A stretch of DNA of 64,000 bases from the human T2T-CHM13v2.0 reference genome, Homo sapiens: the NCBI RefSeq assembly GCF_009914755.1, contig NC_060932.1; one strand, written 5' to 3'. This document shows positions 57,601 to 64,000 of this stretch, piece after piece. Numbering within the stretch: position 1 is the first letter of the stretch; every line of letters begins with the position of its first letter. Under the pieces are notes generated by a model that searched no databases, was not told the origin of the DNA, and worked only from the letters and a program-made list of their open reading frames with translations. The position numbers and the translations under genes are program-made.

Positions 57601-60600
57601 TCTCCTTCAGTTCTGCTCTAATCTTGGTTATTTCTTGCCTTCTGCTAGCTTTTGAATGTGTTTGCTCTTGCTTCTCTAGTTCTTTTAATTGTGATGTGAG
57701 GGTGTCAATCTTAGATCTTTCCTGCTTTCTCTTGTGGGCATTTACTGCTATAAATTTCCCCGTACACACTACTTTAAATGTGTCCCAGAGCTTGTGGTAC
57801 ATTGTGTCTTTGTTCTCATTGGTTTCAAAGAACATCTTTATTTCTGCCTTCATTTCATTATGTACCCAGTAGTCATTCAGGAGCAGGTTGGTCAGTTTCC
57901 ATGTAGTTGTGTGGTTTTAAATGAGTTTCTTAATCCTGAGTTCTAATTTGGTTGCACTGTGGTCTGAGAGACAGTTTGTTATAATTTCTGTTATTTTACA
58001 TTTGCTGAGGAGTGCTTTACTTCCAATTATGTGGTCAGTTTTGGAATAAGTGCTATGTGGTGCTGAGAAGAATATATATTCTGTTGATTTGGGGTGGAGA
58101 GTTCTGTAGATGTCTATTAGGTCTGCTTGGTGCACAGCTGAGTTCAATTCCTGCATATCCTTGTCAACCTTCTGTCTTGATCTGTCTAATGTTGACAGTG
58201 GGGTGTTCAAGTCTCCCATTATTATTGTGTGGGAGTCTAAGTCTCTTTGTCGGTTTCTAAGGACTTGCTTTATGAATCTGGGTGCTCCTGTATTGGGTGC
58301 ATATATATTTAGGATAGTTAACACTTCTTGTTGAATTGATCCCTTTACCATTATGTAGTGGCCTTCTTTATCTCTTTTGATCTTTGTTGGTTTAAAGTCT
58401 GTTTTATCAGAGACTAGGATTGCAACCCCTGCTTTTTTTTGCTTTCCATTTGCTTGGTAGATCTTCCTCCATCCCTTTATTTTGAGCCTATATATGTCTC
58501 TGCATGTGAGATGGGTCTCCTGAATACAGCACACTGATGGGTCTTGACTCTTTATCCAATTTGCCAGTCTGTGTCTTTTAATTGAGGCATTTAGCCCATT
58601 TACATTTAAGGTTAATATTGTTATGTGTGAATTTGATCCTGTCATTATGATGTTAGCTGGTTATTTTGGCCATTAATTGATGCAGTTTCTTCCTAGCATC
58701 GATGGTCTTTACAATTTGGCATGTTTTTGCAGTGGCTGGTACCGGTTGTTCCTTTCCATGTTTAGTGCTTCCTTCAGGAGCTCTTGTAAGGCAGGCCTAG
58801 TGGTGACAAAATCTCTCAGCATTTCCTTGTCTGTAAGGGATTTTATTTCTCCTTCACTTATCAAGCTTAGTTTGGCTGGATATGAAATTCTTTTCTTTAA
58901 GAATGTTGACTATTGGCCCCCACTGTCTTCTGGCTTGTAGAGTTTCTGCTGAGAGATCTGCTGTTAGTCTGATGGGCTTCTGTTTGTGGGTAACTCGACC
59001 TTTCTCTCTGGCTGCCCTTAACATTTTCTCCTTCATTTCAACCTTGGTGAATCTGAAAATTATGTGTCTTGGGGTTGCTCTTCTCAAGGAGTATCTTTGT
59101 GGTGTTCTCTGTATTTCCTGAATTTGAATGTTGGCCTGCCTTGCTAGGTTAGGGAAGTTCTCCTGGATAATATCCTGCAGAGTGTTTTTCCAACTTGGTT
59201 CCTTTCTCCCCGTCACTTTCAGGTATGCCAATCAAATACAAATTTGGTCTTTTCACATAGTCACATATTTCTTGGAGGCTTTGTTCATTTCTTTTTTAAC
59301 TTTTTTCTGTAAACTTCTCTTGCTTTATTTCATTGATTTGATCTTCAGTCACTGATAACTCTTCTTCCACTTGATCGAATTGGCTTTTGAAGCTTATGCA
59401 TGCGCTGCGTAGTTCTCATGCCATAGTTTTCAGCTCCATCAGGTCATTTAAGGTCTTCTCTACACCGTTTATTCTAGTTAGCCATTCATCTAATCTTTTT
59501 TCATGTTTTTTAGCTTCCTTGCAATGGGTTCGAACATCCTCCTTTAGCTCAGAGAAGTTTGTTATTTCTGACCTTCTGAAGCCTACTTCTATCAGCTAGT
59601 CAAAGTCATTCTGCATCCAGCTTTGTTCTGTTGCTGGCGAGGGGCTGCGATCCTTCAGAGGAGAAGAGGCGCTCTGATTTTTAGAATTTTCAGCTTTTCT
59701 GCTCTGGTTTCTCCCCATCTTTGTGGTTTTATCTACCTTTGGTCAGATGGGGTTTCGGTGTGGATGTCCTTTTTGTTGATGTTGACGGTATTCTTTTCTG
59801 TTTGTTAGTTTTCCTTCTAACAGTCAGGTCCCTCAGCAGATATTGCTGCCTGATCCTTCCTCTGGAAGCTTTTTACCAGAGGGGCACCTCCCTGTATGAG
59901 GTGTCAGTCAGCCCCTACTGGGAAGTGTCTCCCAGTTAGGCTACACGGGGGTCAGGGACCCACTTGAGGAGGCAGTCTGTCCATTCTCTGACCTCAAACA
60001 CCATGCTGAAAGAACCACTGTTCTCTTCAGAGCTGTCAGGCAAGGACGTTTACGTCTGCAGAAGTTTCTGCTGCCTTTTGTTCAGCTATGCCCTGTTCCA
60101 AGAGGTGGAGTCTACAGAGGCAGCAGGCCTGGCTGAGCTGCAGTGGGCTCCACCCAGTTCGAGGTTCCCCAGCTGCTTTGTTTACCTACTCAAGCCTCAG
60201 CAATGGCGAATGCCCCTCCCCCTGCCAGGCTGCTGCCTCATAGGTTGATCTCAGACTGCTGCACTAGCAGTGAGCAAGGCTCTGTGGGCGTGGGACCCAC
60301 TGAGCCAGGCATGGGATATAATCTCCTGGTATGCCATTTGCTAAGACAGTTGGAAAAGTGCAGTACTTGGGCAGGAGAGTCCCGTTTTTCCAGGTACCAT
60401 CTGTCACAGCATCCCTTGGCTAGGAAAGGGGAATCCCCCCACCCCTTCTGCTTCCCAGGTGAGGCGATGCCCCGCCCTGCTTCAGCTTGCCCTTCATGGG
60501 CTGCACCAACTGTCCAACTAGTCCCAATGAAATGAACCAGGTACCTCAGTTGGAAATGCAGAGATCACCTGTCTTCTAGTGTCGATCACACTGGGAGCTG

Positions 60601-60637
60601 CAGACTAGAGCTGTTCCTATTTGGCCATCTTGGAAGA
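54612..60637 (-). mobile_element. Full-length L1PA (approx. L1PA6), ORF1 and ORF2 disrupted
   Basis: 5' end CCAAGATGGCCAAATAGGAACAGCT; ORF1 fragment (58854-59231); EN domain MTGSNSHITILTLNVNGLN (57917-58645); RT fragments incl. SLFADD; 3' UTR; TSD ATCT(T/C)TTCATT(G/A)TCTTTT at 54594-54611 and 60638-60655. Confidence 0.96.
60203..60535 (+). CDS. L1 ORF0-like antisense ORF (110 aa), expression unknown
   Basis: MANAPPPARLLPHRLISDCCTSSEQGSVGVGPTEPG resembles L1 ORF0 (MAGAPPPASLPPCSLISDCC...); GCAATGG Kozak context. Confidence 0.55.
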   Translation: MANAPPPARLLPHRLISDCCTSSEQGSVGVGPTEPGMGYNLLVCHLLRQLEKCSTWAGESRFSRYHLSQHPLARKGESPHPFCFPGEAMPRPASACPSWAAPTVQLVPMK

Positions 60638-61157
60638 ATCTCTTCATTATCTTTTGTGCCTTCACTAATTCACAGCATGATGCTTGCTCAAAATAAAGCA
60701 AACATGCTTTTCAAATAAAATAAAACATTTGGTATTAGATATCAAAGTACCTGTTTATAGATGCATGACTAAAATAATTTTACTTTATTCCCAAATTACA
60801 CCTGGCTGCAGATGAATTCTAAGCAATGAGGCCTGTCACCTTCCACAGCAACCTGCACTACACTGTATGGGTCTCTTTTGTACAGTGATTTCTTCTGTTA
60901 CCATCTCAAGGCCTCTCTTCCCCAAGACCCTAGATCAGTTTATGTGCTTGTCTTGCAATTCCAGTTACTCCTCCTAGCCCTCCTTTCTGTTTCCCCTCCC
61001 AAGTCTTTCATGGTAAGGTCTGCTGCAACAACTGAGCCCTTAGTCGCATCTATTTTGTTCTTGGTTCCTGGGACTCATTACTGTTCCTCTTCCTTCAGTA
61101 TCCTCCCCTTGCCCCTGCCTCAATTCAGTCTTATAATAAAGTCTTCTTGAAATTTAA

Positions 61158-61484
<327 letters not shown>

Positions 61485-63923
61485 TGCTTTCTTCATAACT
61501 AGAGGCCACTACACAGAATTTACCAAACTCTTGATAGTTCAGGATGCCCATCCTTCCAATAATAATACAGAGTTGCCGCTGGGGCTACTAAGCTAAATTG
61601 GGCTATTTGTGCTTTTTCTTTCTTTCTTTTATTTCTTCACCAAGACTCTTCCTTACACCAATATTTGTCCTTCTTTGAAGTGACTCCAGACAAGTACACA
61701 TTTTGTAGTTTTATTCTTGCTTTTTCTATGATGTTCTTTCCCCTCTTTCACTGTCAGTGTAATAGAAGTCACTTGTCTCTATCTTCTGATTTGCTGCTTA
61801 TTTTTTGGGAGCCATAAAACTAAATTTTTATGTTAGAATTAAGTCTAACATAAGAGAAAATACAGATCAGATCAGCTTTAGCACCTGGACTTTGAGATGC
61901 TGCTTTGAATTCTTGGTAAGTTTTTTAGCTTGATGGATTATTTTCTATTTCCTGAGAGCTGAGATTACTTTGTTAAATAACCACTGGGTACAAGAGAGTT
62001 TTTATAATATTATCACTATTGTTGACAGGAAGTAGTGGAGCTGAATCAGCAGGCTGATGTATCCTCTAAATCAGTATTAAATAATGTGTTGTGATGATAT
62101 GTACAGACCTCGGGTACTGGAGATGCCAGTTGCCAAACTGCATTACAGAACCAAGCCTTAAATTCCTTCTGATTATTAAGTATTCCACTGAGTGTGTGTG
62201 TGATAACAAAACAGTAGAGGATATTTTCTTCCCAGTGTTCTGCCAAATCTCAGCTTGAATTTAACACTTTGGCTGAGCACATTTCCCCTTTCTGTTTCAT
62301 CTGGATAAATTTTGCTTTTTTGGCTTCCTGTCATAGAAGGTTATATTTACACAAAGGCCATATCTTATAACATCTCATCTTTGGATCGAAGGAATTTCAC
62401 AGTGTACCGTCAAGCTAATTAGGAAGTAAAGCTGCTTAGTGTTAGCTGCTATGGAAACATCAGATACACATACATCAGACTATGTCATTTTAATTGGCAT
62501 TGAGGAGAAGTGGACCTAACATCTAGGAACAATTGAAGCCAAAATTCTATGCTAACTTAACATGGCATTTTAAATTTGAAGTGAAAAGACTGTTTCTAGA
62601 AGGTGAAACATGTTCTTTTATGAAAAAACATGAAAAAAGGACACCTGAAATGAAAACAATATTTAAATTGAGTTCATGTGGTTTTGTGGAAAAGTACCAT
62701 GAATTTGCCTACCTTTGTTTCTGCTAAATCTAACCTCTTAGAAAGCTATAAAATCTGTATGCTCAAAGAGCTTCGCTGTGTGCATTTATGAGAACCTAGT
62801 CATTAACCCGCAGAATAGTGAATCAGCCAATAGTGTTTGCAGTCCTTCAGTATTTTTATAATTGGTGTTTTGGTTAAGATTCTTTCATTTATAAGAAAAG
62901 AAACTGACTTTAGCTCATCTCAGTGAAATAAGGGAGTGTGTGAAAAGGGCTGCTCACAAAATCAAAGGAAGAGCAGTGTACATAGTCTTTGGAGAGGACA
63001 GAAATGGGAGCAGATCCAGGGAAATCATCAGGGCTGGCTGCTCACAAATCCTCTCTGTAAGACACTCACATTGGATGACTCAGCTCTCAGAAACTTGCAT
63101 TTCTGACAAACCTCAAGTCATTTTCAAATGCCTGTGGGGGGAATATCCTGTTGGCCCAGGTGGACTTAGAATTTCTGCTTTTGGATTAATAGCCAATGCA
63201 AAGGATACGGGGGAAGCATAAAAGGAAGAGTGATACTGACAGGGCCACTCAGAGAATCATGTACTGAGTAGCAGCCTGATTTGGGAATGCTATTTTTGAT
63301 GAGCTCATAATCAGTTTCAAGATGAATTTAGTAATAAACAGAACTTTAGTTTTTCCCATATTTTTATCTTTATAAATTAATAATTTTAACACTTTATTAA
63401 ATACCTACAGTGTACCAGGAAGAAGACGACACTCCAGATATAAAAAAATAAGCTCTAGCTCAAGTCAAAAATGCAGATGTGTAACTAAAGTGATTCGCAA
63501 CGTAGCAGATGTAATGCAGGCTTGCACCTATTTAGGTAGTTATTAGAAGCATTGAAGAAAAGCATCAATCTACATAGACCTGATGATATCAGGGAAAACT
63601 TTATAGAGGAAAGAATCTTTGGGTTGAGTTTCAAAGGATAAGTGGGAATTTGCTATGAAACGAGAGGAGAGAAAAACTGTAGAAAAACTGTATTTCAAAG
63701 CATCCCGCATCTACAAAGAGCATGGCTCAGGTGGGAGCTGCAAATGGTTCAGTGTTTTTGGAAGTTTGGAATCTGAAGACGTTACTGAAAATGAGTCTGG
63801 AGAGAGAAGCAGTACCTGAAATTTCTGTTATGCACATTAAGACATTGGACAATGGAGAGTCATTAAAAGATTTTTTATTTGGAAAAGTATCATGATTGGA
63901 GTTGGTTTTAGAAAGGCAACTTT

Positions 63924-64000
63924 GGCCAGGCATAGTGGTTCATGTCTATAATCCAGCACTTTAGGAGGCTGAAGCATGTGGATCTCTTGAGCCTAGGAGT
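63924..64000 (+). mobile_element. Alu 5' part cut by the window edge
   Basis: GGCCAGGCATAGTGGTTCATGTCTATAATCCAGCACTTT. Confidence 0.85.

Noticed and set aside
54847-59231. Possibly active L1, or a novel RT/endonuclease system
   Set aside because: Ordinary L1 ORF1/ORF2 split by multiple stops, frameshifts and small deletions

Overview
Primate (human-like) genomic DNA, AT-rich and dense in repeats, with no prokaryotic features. The + strand carries the 3' part of ATP6V0D2 (V-ATPase V0 subunit d2): the distal ~22.8 kb of intron 2, coding exons 3-8 (22856-36364, all GT-AG, phases consistent) and an Alu-containing 3' UTR ending near 37.6 kb. Downstream intergenic DNA holds a ~3.9 kb almost pure A/T tandem array inside an Alu linker (45049-48925) and a full-length but dead L1PA6-like element on the - strand (~54612-60637). 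That L1 keeps an open ORF0 and has a 5' UTR deletion that appears to remove the ZNF93 site. Other items: a tailless 5S rRNA retropseudogene with a TSD, a MER41A solo LTR, a MER1A DNA transposon, nested and inverted Alus, and candidate CTCF and M-box motifs. Nearly all ORFs in the track are Alu, L1 or microsatellite artefacts. I found no convincing novel multi-gene system. Gene, exon-number and repeat-family calls come from recalled sequences, not a database search, and repeat boundaries are approximate.
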